Assembly (NCBI GenBank): GCA_965224025.1
Contig: OZ245033.1
Coordinates: forward strand, 4,608,001-4,672,000
Origin: Candidatus Multivorans sp.
Lineage (GTDB): Bacteria; Acidobacteriota; Thermoanaerobaculia; Multivoradales; Multivoraceae
Direction: 5' to 3'
DNA length: 64,000 bases
The position numbers were made by a program, and so were the translations under genes. Numbering within the stretch: position 1 is the stretch's first letter; each line of letters begins with the position of its first letter. Below the pieces are notes generated by a model. The model saw only the letters and a list, made by a program, of their open reading frames with translations. It searched no databases and had not been told where the DNA came from. Below, piece by piece: positions 18,017 to 27,594 of the stretch.

Positions 18017-19291
18017 ATGACGGAAACGGGCTTCGTACAGGCAACCTGGAGCGTGCTCGCCGAGCTCGCACCGTGGCTGCTGTTCGGCGCTCTGCTCGCC
18101 GCATTGCTGCACGTCCTGCTGCCCCGCAACCTAATCCGCCGCCAGCTCAGCGGCTACAGCGGCGCGATCAAGGCGGTTGCCCTGGGCGTGCCGTTGCCGC
18201 TCTGCTCCTGCGGCGTGATCCCGGCCGGCATCGGCCTCAAGCGCACCGGCGCCAGCAACGGCTCGGCAATGGGTTTCCTGATCAGCACGCCGCAGACCGG
18301 CGTCGACTCGATCCTGGTCAGCGCGACCTTCCTCGGCTGGCCCTTCGCCCTGTTCAAGGTCGCGGCCGCCGCGGTGACCGGCGTGGCCGGCGGCTGGTGG
18401 GTCGAGGGGATGAAGGACGACGGCGCGCCTGTCGAGGAAGAAGCTTCGCCCGCGCACGTCGACGGCGAATCGAGCAGCGGGCACCGAATCGGCGGCACGG
18501 TCCTTCCGAAGGTCACCGAGATGGTCGACCACGGTGTCGAACTCCTGCAGAGCATCTGGCGCTGGGTCGCGGTCGGCATCCTCGTGTCCGCCGCGATCGA
18601 GGTTCTGCTACCGCAACAGGCCTGGCTCGACCTGGCCGCGCTGGGAACCTTCGGCGCGGCGGCGGCGGCGCTGGTCATCTCCCTGCCGCTCTATGTATGC
18701 GCGACGGCCTCGGTGCCGATCGCGGCCGCCCTGGTCGCCAACGGCCTTCCACTCGGCGCCGCCCTCGTGTTCCTGATGGCCGGCCCCGCCACCAACGTCG
18801 CCACCGTCGGCGCCGTCTACCGCAGCTTCGGCCGCAAGGTCACCGCAGTCTACCTCACGACCGTGATCGTCGGCAGCGTCGGCTTCGCGATGCTGTTCGA
18901 GACTCTGATCGGCGGCGGCGCGCTGCAGGTCGGACCGGCCCACGAGCACGGAGTGGCGTGGTGGGCCGCCACCTCGGCAATCCTGCTGGTGCTGATGTTC
19001 GGCTGGTTCGGCCTCCAGGAGTTCCGGCGCTGGCGTCGGCAGGCGGCCATTGCGCGAAGAATGAAGACAGCCTCGGCGGCTTCCGGCAGCGCCGGCGCGG
19101 CAGTCGAAATCGCCGTCGGCGGCATGACCTGCGGCAACTGCGCGGAAGCGGTGGAGACCGCGCTGCTCGCCGAACCGGGCGTGGAGATGGCCAGCGTGGA
19201 CCTGGACCAGGGCCGCGCCACCGTGTGGGGCATAGCACCTCTGAACGCGCTCAAGGCAGCCGTGCAAGGCGCCGGCTTCCAGGTTTCCTGA
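18017..19291 (+). CDS. DUF318/ArsP-type permease with C-terminal heavy-metal-associated (HMA) domain
   Basis: PLPLCSCGVIP, LISTPQTGVDS, PLYVCATASVPIA, AGPATN; C-terminal GMTCGNC. Confidence 0.9.
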   Translation: MTETGFVQATWSVLAELAPWLLFGALLAALLHVLLPRNLIRRQLSGYSGAIKAVALGVPLPLCSCGVIPAGIGLKRTGASNGSAMGFLISTPQTGVDSILVSATFLGWPFALFKVAAAAVTGVAGGWWVEGMKDDGAPVEEEASPAHVDGESSSGHRIGGTVLPKVTEMVDHGVELLQSIWRWVAVGILVSAAIEVLLPQQAWLDLAALGTFGAAAAALVISLPLYVCATASVPIAAALVANGLPLGAALVFLMAGPATNVATVGAVYRSFGRKVTAVYLTTVIVGSVGFAMLFETLIGGGALQVGPAHEHGVAWWAATSAILLVLMFGWFGLQEFRRWRRQAAIARRMKTASAASGSAGAAVEIAVGGMTCGNCAEAVETALLAEPGVEMASVDLDQGRATVWGIAPLNALKAAVQGAGFQVS

Positions 19292-19365
19292 CGCCGGTCC
19301 AAGGGCTGGCACTCCCCATCCGTTTGCGCCCGCCGCCCTCCCGGACATAACCTTCGCGCGCGAAC

Positions 19366-20493
19366 ATGAAAGCCGGAGTCGTACGCGAAACGCATCCGGG
19401 AGAGCGCCGGGTCGCCCTGGTCCCCGAGAGCGTCGCCCGAATTCACGCCAGGGGTGTCGACTTCCTGGTCGAAGCAGGCGCCGGCGACGCGGCCGGATTC
19501 GACGACGACGCGTACCGCGAGGCCGGCGCCGAGATCGCAGCGACGGGCGGCGAGGTCCTGGGCAGCGCCGACCTCGTCGTCCGCGTCCAGGCGCCCGAAT
19601 CTGCCGAGATCGAGGCGTCCAAGGCGGGCGCGGCGGTCATCGGCCTGCTGTTTCCCCTCTCCGCCGGACCGCTCGTCCGGCAGCTACGTGCCGCGCGGCT
19701 CACCGCGATCGCGCTCGACCGGATTCCCCGCGTCACGCTCGCGCAGTCGATGGACGTCCTGAGTTCGCAGAGCACCGTCGCCGGCTACCGCGCCGCCGTG
19801 CTCGCGGCCTACCGCCTGCCGCGGTTCTTCCCGCTGCTGATGACGGCTGCCGGGCGCATCAACCCGGCCCGCGTCCTGGTCCTCGGCGCCGGCGTTGCCG
19901 GACTGCAGGCGATCGCCACCGCCCACCGGCTCGGCGCCGTGGTCGAGGCCTACGACGTCCGCGCCGTGGTCAAGGAGCAGGTCGAGAGCCTGGGCGCCAG
20001 CTTCGTCGAGGTGCCGGCGATCGAGGACGCCGAGACCGAGGGCGGCTACGCGCGCGAGGTTTCCGAGGAGAGCCAGCGACGGGCCAACGAAGTGATCGCC
20101 GAGCGTCTGCGCTCGACCGACGCCTGCATCACGACCGCGCTGATTCCAGGTCGTCCCGCGCCGCGCCTGATCACGGCCGAGATGGTCGAGGGGATGCCAC
20201 ACGGCTCCATCGTCGTCGACCTGGCGGCCGAGCAGGGCGGCAACTGCGAGTTGACGAAGCCCGGCGAGGAAGTCACGGTGAACGGCGTCACCGTGCTCGG
20301 CCCCCTCAACCTGGCCAGCGATCTGGCAGCCGACGCCAGCAGCATGTTCTCGCGCAACGCCGAGAAGCTCGTGCTCTACCTGCTGAACGACGGCGAGTTG
20401 AGCTTCGACTTCGACAACGAGATCGTCAAGGGTTGCGTCGTCACCCACGACGGCGAGATCGTCGACACACAGGTCGCAGAAGCCCTGGCCTGA
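19366..20493 (+). CDS. pntAA: NAD(P) transhydrogenase subunit alpha part 1
   Basis: ERRVALVP, DVLSSQ, GAGVAGLQA, TALIPGRPAP, DLAAEQGGNCE. Confidence 0.95.
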   Translation: MKAGVVRETHPGERRVALVPESVARIHARGVDFLVEAGAGDAAGFDDDAYREAGAEIAATGGEVLGSADLVVRVQAPESAEIEASKAGAAVIGLLFPLSAGPLVRQLRAARLTAIALDRIPRVTLAQSMDVLSSQSTVAGYRAAVLAAYRLPRFFPLLMTAAGRINPARVLVLGAGVAGLQAIATAHRLGAVVEAYDVRAVVKEQVESLGASFVEVPAIEDAETEGGYAREVSEESQRRANEVIAERLRSTDACITTALIPGRPAPRLITAEMVEGMPHGSIVVDLAAEQGGNCELTKPGEEVTVNGVTVLGPLNLASDLAADASSMFSRNAEKLVLYLLNDGELSFDFDNEIVKGCVVTHDGEIVDTQVAEALA

Positions 20494-20531
20494 GCCCACC
20501 GGCCAGCGCCCGCGCAAGGAGGACCACACAG

Positions 20532-20846
20532 ATGCTAGAGATCTTCCTTGGGCTGTACATCTTCATGCTCGCCGCGTTCGTCGGCTACGGCGTGATCAAG
20601 GGTGTACCGGCCCTGCTCCATACCCCGCTGATGGCGTTCACCAACGCCATCTCGGGCATCTCTCTGGTCGGCTCCCTGGTTGCCGCCGGCGCTCACTACA
20701 ACGACGTGAGCACCGTGCTCGGCGCGATCGCCGTGCTGTGCGCCACGATCAATGTCGTCGGCGGCTTCTGGATCACGGACCGCATGCTGCGCATGTTCAA
20801 GAAGCAGGACACGAAGGCTGAACCGGCGGGAGACGCCCGGTCGTGA
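20532..20846 (+). CDS. pntAB: NAD(P) transhydrogenase subunit alpha part 2
   Basis: AGGAGG RBS; VPALLHTPLMAFTNAISG; NVVGGFWITDRMLRMF. Confidence 0.95.
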   Translation: MLEIFLGLYIFMLAAFVGYGVIKGVPALLHTPLMAFTNAISGISLVGSLVAAGAHYNDVSTVLGAIAVLCATINVVGGFWITDRMLRMFKKQDTKAEPAGDARS

Positions 20847-22246
20847 TCAGCCAGGTCGAGACGCTCTACCTGATCGCGTCGTTCCTGTTCATCCTCGGGC
20901 TGCGCGGCCTGACCGCGGCGCATACCGCCCGCCGCGGCCTGATCCTCGCCGAACTGGGCATGGTGTTCGCGGTCTGGGGCACCCTGCTGCACCCGGACAT
21001 CGGCGCCCGCTACGAGCTGGTCGGTTTCTTCGAGACCTACAAGTGGATCCTGCTCACGGTCTTCATCGGCAGCGCGATCGGCATCGCCATCTCGGCGCTC
21101 ATCCCGATGACCCGGATGCCCGAGCGGATTGCCCTCTCCCACGCCTTCGGCGGTCTGGCGGCCGCCTTGGTCGGCGTCTCCGAGTACTACCGTCACAGCG
21201 AGCACATCGACACCACGACAATGGGCGCGATCGGCTTCGAGGTGCTGTTCGGCGGCCTGACCTTCACCGGCTCGCTGATGGCCTTCGGCAAGCTCTCCGG
21301 GTTCATCCCGGGCAGGAACATCACCTGGCCTCTCCAGAACCAGACCAACATCCTGATGTTCGGGGGCACCTTCGTGCTCCTGGTGCTGATCACGATCGAC
21401 CCGTCGAACCAGGTCCTCTTCTACTTTATGGCCGCGATGCCCCTGCTCTTGGGCATCCTGTTCGTGGCGCCCATCGGCGGCGCCGACATGCCGGTCGTCA
21501 TCACGCTGCTCAACTCCTACGCCGGTCTGGCCGCATCGGCGACCGGCTTCGCTCTCGACAACAACGTCCTGATCATTGCCGGGGCTCTCGACGGCGCCTC
21601 GGGCTTCATTCTCTCCGTTGTCATGAGCAAGGCGATGAACCGCTCGTTCCGCAACGTCCTGTTCGGCGCCTTCGGCAAGGTCGACCAGGAGGACGCCGCA
21701 AGGGCCGCAGCCGGAGGCGAACGGGTCCAGGAGGCCTCGGTCGGAGATGCCGCGATGCTCCTCTCCGGCGCCAATTCCGTCATCGTCTGCCCCGGCTACG
21801 GCATGGCGGTGGCCCAGGCGCAGCACGTCGTCAGCGAACTGGCCGAGATCCTGGAGGCCAACGGCACCCAGGTCCGCTACGCGATCCACCCCGTCGCCGG
21901 CCGCATGCCCGGCCACATGAACGTGCTGCTGGCCGAAGCGAAGATCCCCTACACCACGCTGTGCGAGCTCGAGGAGATCAACGACGACTTCAAGAACACC
22001 GACGTCGCCCTCGTCGTCGGCGCCAACGACGTCGTCAACCCCGCCGCCAAACACAACCCGGGGAGCTCCATCTACGGAATGCCGGTCCTGAACGCCGACC
22101 TCGCGAGATCCTGCATCGTCCTCAAGCGGTCGATGCGGCCGGGATTCGCGGGAATCGAGAACGAGCTGTTCTTCGCGCCGAACACGGTGCTGACGTTTGG
22201 TGACGCGAAGGACACGTTGACGAAGGTTGTGGAGGCGTTGTCGTAG
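20843..22246 (+). CDS. pntB: NAD(P) transhydrogenase subunit beta
   Basis: IGGADMPVVI, PGYGMAVAQAQ, HPVAGRMPGHMNVLLAEA, GANDVVNP; GTGA overlap with pntAB. Confidence 0.96.
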   Translation: MISQVETLYLIASFLFILGLRGLTAAHTARRGLILAELGMVFAVWGTLLHPDIGARYELVGFFETYKWILLTVFIGSAIGIAISALIPMTRMPERIALSHAFGGLAAALVGVSEYYRHSEHIDTTTMGAIGFEVLFGGLTFTGSLMAFGKLSGFIPGRNITWPLQNQTNILMFGGTFVLLVLITIDPSNQVLFYFMAAMPLLLGILFVAPIGGADMPVVITLLNSYAGLAASATGFALDNNVLIIAGALDGASGFILSVVMSKAMNRSFRNVLFGAFGKVDQEDAARAAAGGERVQEASVGDAAMLLSGANSVIVCPGYGMAVAQAQHVVSELAEILEANGTQVRYAIHPVAGRMPGHMNVLLAEAKIPYTTLCELEEINDDFKNTDVALVVGANDVVNPAAKHNPGSSIYGMPVLNADLARSCIVLKRSMRPGFAGIENELFFAPNTVLTFGDAKDTLTKVVEALS

Positions 22247-22531
22247 AACTACAGTCCCACAGCGTCTCCATGAAGACACGATGGCAACCTCGCGAATCTT
22301 CTCCATCCTCCCACACCGAGTTACCGAAAGATGAGTGACCGACCCGATCGGCTAACGGAACGGCGTCTCTGGGCGGAGTGCTTCGGCCACTGCATGAACT
22401 CCTCTTGCGAAAACGATCTCGTCGCAACCAACACGGTTGTTGCCGAACTCGCCCACATCGTGGCCGCCAAAGACGGCGGCCCTCCGTCCTTCGACAACAT
22501 GCTGGTGCTTTGCCTAGACTGTCACAAAATC

Positions 22532-23871
22532 GGGTCTTCAGGCTGTTGTGTGGGGACGGAGCTGCTAGAGAGGCTGCCGATCGGCCTTAGACTGGCGGGA
22601 TGAAGAGTGCCAAGACGTTCGAGAGGCTGTTGGGGATCAAGCCGCCGTGGGGTGTGCGGGAGGTGGTGCTTCGCATGGACGAGCGGCATCCGCGTCGCCG
22701 GGGTCCGGTGGTTGGCGGCACGGTGGAGATCCACGTCGAGCATTGTGGAGAGACTCGCTGTCCGGAGTGCGGTTTGCCGTGTCCGGGCTACGACAAGAGG
22801 CATCGCCGTTGGCGTCACCTGGACACGATGCAGCACCAGACTCGGGTTCACGCGGAGGTGCCTCGGGTGCGTTGCGTCGAGCACGGCATTCGCCAGTTGA
22901 AGGTGCCTTGGGCGGACTCGGGTTCGCGGTTCACGGCGCTGTTCGAAGCGGAGGCTGTCGAGTGGCTGCGTGAGGCAAGCGTGCATGCGGCGGCTTGCCG
23001 TCTGGGTCTGAGTTGGGATCAGGCGGCGGGGATTCAGCGGCGGGCCGTGGAACGGGGTCTGGCACGGCGAGAGATGAAGCCGCCTCGGTTGATCGGCGTG
23101 GACGAGACGTCGTTTCGGAAGCGCCACGAGTACGTGACGGTAGTCAACGATCTGGGACGCGGGGTGGTGACCCATGTGGCCGACGGTCGCGGCCGGTCGG
23201 CCATCGACGGTTACTTCCAGGAGTTGGGTGAGAAGAGCTGCGCGGGTATCGAGCAGGTGGCGATGGACATGTGGCCGGCCTACATCTCCTCGGTGGAGGA
23301 GTACACGGATGCGGACATCGTGCACGACAGGTTCCACATCGTCGCGCACCTGAACCACGCCGTGGACCTGGTTCGCCGTGCTGAGCAGCGGGAGCTGCTC
23401 GAAGCGGGGGATTCGCGTCTGAAGCGGAGCCGCTACCTGTGGTTGATGAAGAGTGGACGAATGACGCGCCTGCAGCAGCGGCGTTTCGCTGCTCTTCGCG
23501 CGAGTCACCTTCGCGTGGCTCGCGCTTGGGCGATCAAGGAGATGGCGCGCTCCTCGTGGGGCTACGTGCGCCGCGGCTGGGCCGAGCGACGGTGGAAGCG
23601 CTGGTACAACTGGGCCGTCCGCAGTCGCCTGGAACCGATCAAGCAGGTGGCGAAGATGATCAAGAACCACTGGGATGCCGTCATCAACGCCGCCGTGTCC
23701 ACCGTCTCCAACGCCCGCGCCGAAGGCATCAACGCGAAGATACAGGAGATCAAGCGAAAAGCGCACGGCTATCGAAACCGAGCACACTTCCGGCTCGCCA
23801 TCTACTTCCATCTCGGCGGACTCGACCTCGCGCCGGAGTCACTTCATGCCCACACACAACCCTGAAGCGCC
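22532..23871 (+). mobile_element. Complete ISL3-family insertion sequence (1340 bp)
   Basis: Imperfect terminal IRs gggtcttcaggctgttgtgtggg / cccacacacaaccctgaagcgcc (18/23); 8-bp target duplication ACAAAATC at 22524-22531 and 23872-23879. Confidence 0.93.
22600..23865 (+). CDS. ISL3-family transposase
   Basis: CPECG zinc finger, [42 protein letters not shown]; the stop lies within the right IR. Confidence 0.95.
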   Translation: MKSAKTFERLLGIKPPWGVREVVLRMDERHPRRRGPVVGGTVEIHVEHCGETRCPECGLPCPGYDKRHRRWRHLDTMQHQTRVHAEVPRVRCVEHGIRQLKVPWADSGSRFTALFEAEAVEWLREASVHAAACRLGLSWDQAAGIQRRAVERGLARREMKPPRLIGVDETSFRKRHEYVTVVNDLGRGVVTHVADGRGRSAIDGYFQELGEKSCAGIEQVAMDMWPAYISSVEEYTDADIVHDRFHIVAHLNHAVDLVRRAEQRELLEAGDSRLKRSRYLWLMKSGRMTRLQQRRFAALRASHLRVARAWAIKEMARSSWGYVRRGWAERRWKRWYNWAVRSRLEPIKQVAKMIKNHWDAVINAAVSTVSNARAEGINAKIQEIKRKAHGYRNRAHFRLAIYFHLGGLDLAPESLHAHTQP

Positions 23872-24832
23872 ACAAAATCACCGACAACCCGCGCACGCCG
23901 AAGACTGTCCACATCCTACGCGAGTGGAAAGCTACTCGATCCCGGGAGCTGCACACACGGTTCTCCAACTCTTACTCAACCTTCGCAGCCTTGGAAGGGT
24001 ACGTACAGCCGCTCCTGCGCCGCAACCTCAACATCTATCGAAACCATGGCCCGGATGCCGAAAGTGCCGACCCTGCCGCCAGGCACGCGCTGTGGCGCCA
24101 GTTTGAGGGTCCGATCCTCGCGACGAACAGGAAGCTCGCCACCGTTCTCGACAGCAACCGCCAGCTTCTACACAAAGAGAACCAGGGGTTGGTAGACGCC
24201 TTTATCGGTCATACGGCCGAGTTCCAAGAGACTCGAACGGATGAGCCGAGCGTCCGGGTGATGCTCTTTCCGCGTGAACTCAACTCCGTCTTCGGCGTTG
24301 AGACGATAACAGATAGCATGGCGCCCAACGTGTCTGCCCTCCAGAACCTAGTCGCCCATCTGATCTCAAGCGACCAGCTCGTGGAACTTGCCCTCATTCC
24401 TACACCCAAGATCGTCTATCGGAACGCCAGAGGCACTCAGTCAGAGTTGGATCTGAGAAACAGACCACGAGTCCATCAAGTCTATTGGAGCGGCAAACAC
24501 TACTTCAACAAGACGACTAATCTCCGTTTGGACGGCCTCCTGTTCGTCCTGAGGTGGCTTGCGGCGAAGGGCCTGCACTACAAGTTCCCCAACCCATCCA
24601 ATCTGACGGAGATCGTCGTCGATCACACGCACGAGATCTATTTCATATACGAATACAAGGCCTCATTGCTGAACATGCAAGAAGGGCCTCTACGCCCCGG
24701 CCTTGCAGTAGTGAATCTCCACAACTGGAACGACGGCCCGTTCTCGGCCGAGGCGGTGGACTATGCATCGAGTATGGGGTCTCGGACGATGAATCAGAAA
24801 GAGTTTTTCTTGTTCGTCGGTGGGCGCCATAC

Positions 24833-25153
24833 ATGAACCGCATAGTGCCCTTTCTGGACGCCGAGAGCGAAAAGCTACTCTCGGCATTCCGAGAGGTGAA
24901 AGTGTTTGGCTCAGTTCTCACCAGTGCCCGGCCAAACGATGTCGATGTCCTTGTCGTCTACGACAAGTCGTGCATCGCACGTCAGGTGTCGAGAGATGTC
25001 CAAGCACTTGGCCACGATCTGAGCACCCTATTCGCCGGTGTGGACGTGCACATCACAGCGCTGAATCACGAGGAGGTACGAGAGGCGCGGTTCTTGACCT
25101 GCCTTCCAGGGATCGTCCTCAAGTCGGTCCCGGTAGAACGCTCGAGTGAGTAG
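24833..25153 (+). CDS. Minimal nucleotidyltransferase (MNT, Pol-beta superfamily), 106 aa
   Basis: VFGSVL...PNDVDVLVVY (GS-x-DxD motif); ATGA overlap with the HNH gene stop. Confidence 0.8.
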   Translation: MNRIVPFLDAESEKLLSAFREVKVFGSVLTSARPNDVDVLVVYDKSCIARQVSRDVQALGHDLSTLFAGVDVHITALNHEEVREARFLTCLPGIVLKSVPVERSSE

Positions 25154-25200
25154 CTTCGATCTCCATAGTCGAGTCTAACCGCCCCCTCTGATTTGCCGAT

Positions 25201-26436
25201 TTACGCCGACCACGTACCGGAAACGCAGAACTCGACGAGTTCCTTCTTTGAGTTGCGCTTCCGAATCGACCGCACTTCGACGCTCTCGAAGCCGGCCTGG
25301 CGCATGAGTTCGGCGTAGACCTGCTCAATCGGCACCAGTACGCCGTAGAACACGGAGTTGCCGACGATGTAGTGGGCGCGAGCGCCGGGTCTGAGCACAC
25401 CGCCCACGCTGGCCAGATGCTGCGCCACATCCTCCCCGTATTTCTCCACATAGGCGGCGAGGATCGAACCGTTCGACCGTCCGCTCCCAGCGATCTGTCC
25501 TACGGCCTCAAGCAGGTGGTCCGGCAAACGGACATCCGCAGCGCGCTTCCACTTGCCGAGCCTGCTGGTCGCTACGCCCCAGGTGCCGCCGATCGCCTGC
25601 CAATCTAGTTCCCCGGCTTCTCGACCGTTCTGCAGGTAGCCGAGCCAGTACATGTACGGGCGCAGTTCCCGGATGTACGACATGCGGTTCGCATAGGGCG
25701 GCGAGGTGACGACCACGTCGAACTGCTCGTCGAAGCAGTGCTCGACGCGGCGCGAGTCGCCGAGAACGACGGACACCTTGCCCTTCGGGTTGTACGAGGC
25801 GCCCTCGGTCACGAAGCGGAGTTCCTGTCGAAACAGCTCCCCCTCGTCCACGGCAAGGTCCAGCTTGCTCTGAGCCGAATCCCTGAACGACATGGACTGG
25901 TGGTTGAACGCCGCTGCGGACAGCCGAATCACCAGCCGGCAGAACGCCACGTTCAGCAGATCCCGAACGTGGTCGTTCGGCGAAACACCTTCAATGGCGG
26001 CCTTCAGGTAACGGAGGTACATGCGATCCGAACTCGGCCACCACCGTTCGATCCGGTGCATGGGTGGCTCCTCGACGGGGTCAATCTTCCGCCGGTGAGC
26101 TTTCTGCAGCACCGCTTCACCAGCCGCCTCGGCCTCGACGATCTTTCCCGAACCGTACCTCGCCGTCTTGGCACGGGTGAACCATACGAGGAACGGGTTG
26201 ATGTCCACGGTGCCCGCCTCGTGCCCGCGGTTGGCCGCGGCCAGCGCCGTCGTGCCGGCGCCGCAGAACGGATCGAGCACGCGAAGATGCGGGCCGCAGT
26301 CGGCCATCAACTCCTCGACGATCCTCAGCGAGTATGCCGGCGTCAGCCGCAGCCAACCGTGCCGGCCCAACCGCGTGTTGTATCGATGCGTGTACTCCGC
26401 TCGCTGCCGGAGCTTGGGCGTCGCGGTCCCGCTCAT
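25201..26436 (-). CDS. Amino DNA methyltransferase, likely N4-cytosine, alpha-type motif order
   Basis: Motif I VLDPFCGAGTT N-terminal of motif IV VVTSPPY; SPPY is typical of m4C enzymes. Confidence 0.88.
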   Translation of the reverse strand: MSGTATPKLRQRAEYTHRYNTRLGRHGWLRLTPAYSLRIVEELMADCGPHLRVLDPFCGAGTTALAAANRGHEAGTVDINPFLVWFTRAKTARYGSGKIVEAEAAGEAVLQKAHRRKIDPVEEPPMHRIERWWPSSDRMYLRYLKAAIEGVSPNDHVRDLLNVAFCRLVIRLSAAAFNHQSMSFRDSAQSKLDLAVDEGELFRQELRFVTEGASYNPKGKVSVVLGDSRRVEHCFDEQFDVVVTSPPYANRMSYIRELRPYMYWLGYLQNGREAGELDWQAIGGTWGVATSRLGKWKRAADVRLPDHLLEAVGQIAGSGRSNGSILAAYVEKYGEDVAQHLASVGGVLRPGARAHYIVGNSVFYGVLVPIEQVYAELMRQAGFESVEVRSIRKRNSKKELVEFCVSGTWSA

Positions 26437-27242
26437 TCTTCGCTCCCCAGGAGTGTGCTCAGAACGCTACCTACTTCGGAGCGCAGCGTATCGGCGTGGC
26501 GGGCGAAGAAAGCAGCCAGATCGTAGCCGATGATCCTGGCCATGAACTCATAGGTCGACCTCAGAGGATCACCGCTGTTGAGTTCGCCGGTCAGGACGAC
26601 CCACCGGGCGGCCCTGTAACGCAGGAGTACGTCTCTATCGATCTGGTGAGACAGAACCAGGAGACAGGGGAGATACCCGCTGGTGTACGCGGCTACCGCG
26701 TTCGCCAAGTCGGCCTGCTGGCGTTTGCTGTCCTTGCTCTTGTACCCCTGCCGGACCTCGAAGACGGCTCCCTTCAAAGAGCCGACGATCGAGGCGTCTA
26801 CATCGACAGAGTCAGCAGCTTGGCGGATCCATCGCCGCAACCGATCTCTTGACGGCTCTTCGTGCACTTCGTCAAGAGCCACTCGACCGTCCAGCGAGAG
26901 ACGCCTCCGCTTCTCGTCTGAGAGCGGGACTTCGTAGGACCACACCACCTCCTCCGGGGCCAGGCCGAGCGCGTCCTGGAGGATCTCCCGGAACACCCGC
27001 TCACACGCGATACCAATCTGCCTGTAGATACTGGTCATCCCGCCGGCAGACCGATGGGCCGTGTAGAGCTTCGGATCGTCGAGCCCGAGCCACGTGTAGA
27101 AGGGGTCCGCGCGATAGAGATCGCGGAACTCCGCAAGAGTCAGACCGGCCGTCCTGCCCTGGCCGAACTTCGGTCGGTACGCGGCGCAGGACCGCACGCA
27201 GTCTACGAAGATCCCGAGATAGTCATCTTCGCGCCCTGTCAT
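26433..27242 (-). CDS. Putative type II restriction endonuclease
   Basis: 269 aa with ATGA overlap to the MTase; LDGRV...VFEVRQGYKSKDSKR resembles a PD-(D/E)XK variant. Confidence 0.65.
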   Translation of the reverse strand: MTGREDDYLGIFVDCVRSCAAYRPKFGQGRTAGLTLAEFRDLYRADPFYTWLGLDDPKLYTAHRSAGGMTSIYRQIGIACERVFREILQDALGLAPEEVVWSYEVPLSDEKRRRLSLDGRVALDEVHEEPSRDRLRRWIRQAADSVDVDASIVGSLKGAVFEVRQGYKSKDSKRQQADLANAVAAYTSGYLPCLLVLSHQIDRDVLLRYRAARWVVLTGELNSGDPLRSTYEFMARIIGYDLAAFFARHADTLRSEVGSVLSTLLGSEE

Positions 27243-27351
27243 GAAAGCCTCTTAGACCCCCGAGGAACGGGCCCGGTCACCAACGAGCCGAACGGTCGGA
27301 GTAACGGGCGCGTGGTAGAGAACCAGCGTGCTCGCCTGTCGCAACACCGGA

Positions 27352-27576
27352 TCACTTCGAGCACGGTCGGATGCACAGAATCTCCTCGGTCAGACCGCGA
27401 CGACGAGCGTCGTGGCTGATTTCCCGCACGATGTCCTCCAACGATAGCCGGGATTCGGCAACGTCGCGAAGACGCAGGCTGACAAGCAGGTCGAGTTTGC
27501 GACGCTCACCAGCGGAAGAGGCTCGGCAGAGTTCGGCGACGTCTGAATCGACGGAGCCCGTGATCTGGTCCGCCAT
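27352..27576 (-). CDS. Small antitoxin-like hypothetical protein
   Basis: 74 aa. C-terminal ISHDARRRGLTEEIL resembles small proteins that usually precede PIN toxins (recall, unverified). Confidence 0.5.
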   Translation of the reverse strand: MADQITGSVDSDVAELCRASSAGERRKLDLLVSLRLRDVAESRLSLEDIVREISHDARRRGLTEEILCIRPCSK

Positions 27577-27594
27577 CGCGGTTCTTCACCCTGG

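Larger units (their letters stand above)
22331..24836 (+). pseudogene. HNH endonuclease (385 aa reconstructed) with C-terminal Mrr/REase-like tail, interrupted by ISL3
   Basis: 5' part 22331-22531 encodes LWAECFGHCMNSSC...AHIV...NMLVLCLDCHKI. 3' part 23880-24836 continues in frame (TDNPRT...) once the IS and one TSD copy are removed. Confidence 0.85.

Noticed and set aside
24554-24832. N-terminal 93 aa of the 199-aa ORF
   Set aside because: It overlaps the HNH gene in another frame; the ATGA-coupled start at 24833 fits a typical MNT size.
23439-24836. 465-aa ORF from the ORF track as a real gene or transposase fusion
   Set aside because: Its first 147 or so codons are an alternative frame of the IS. 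Only 23880 onward is the genuine 3' part of the HNH gene.
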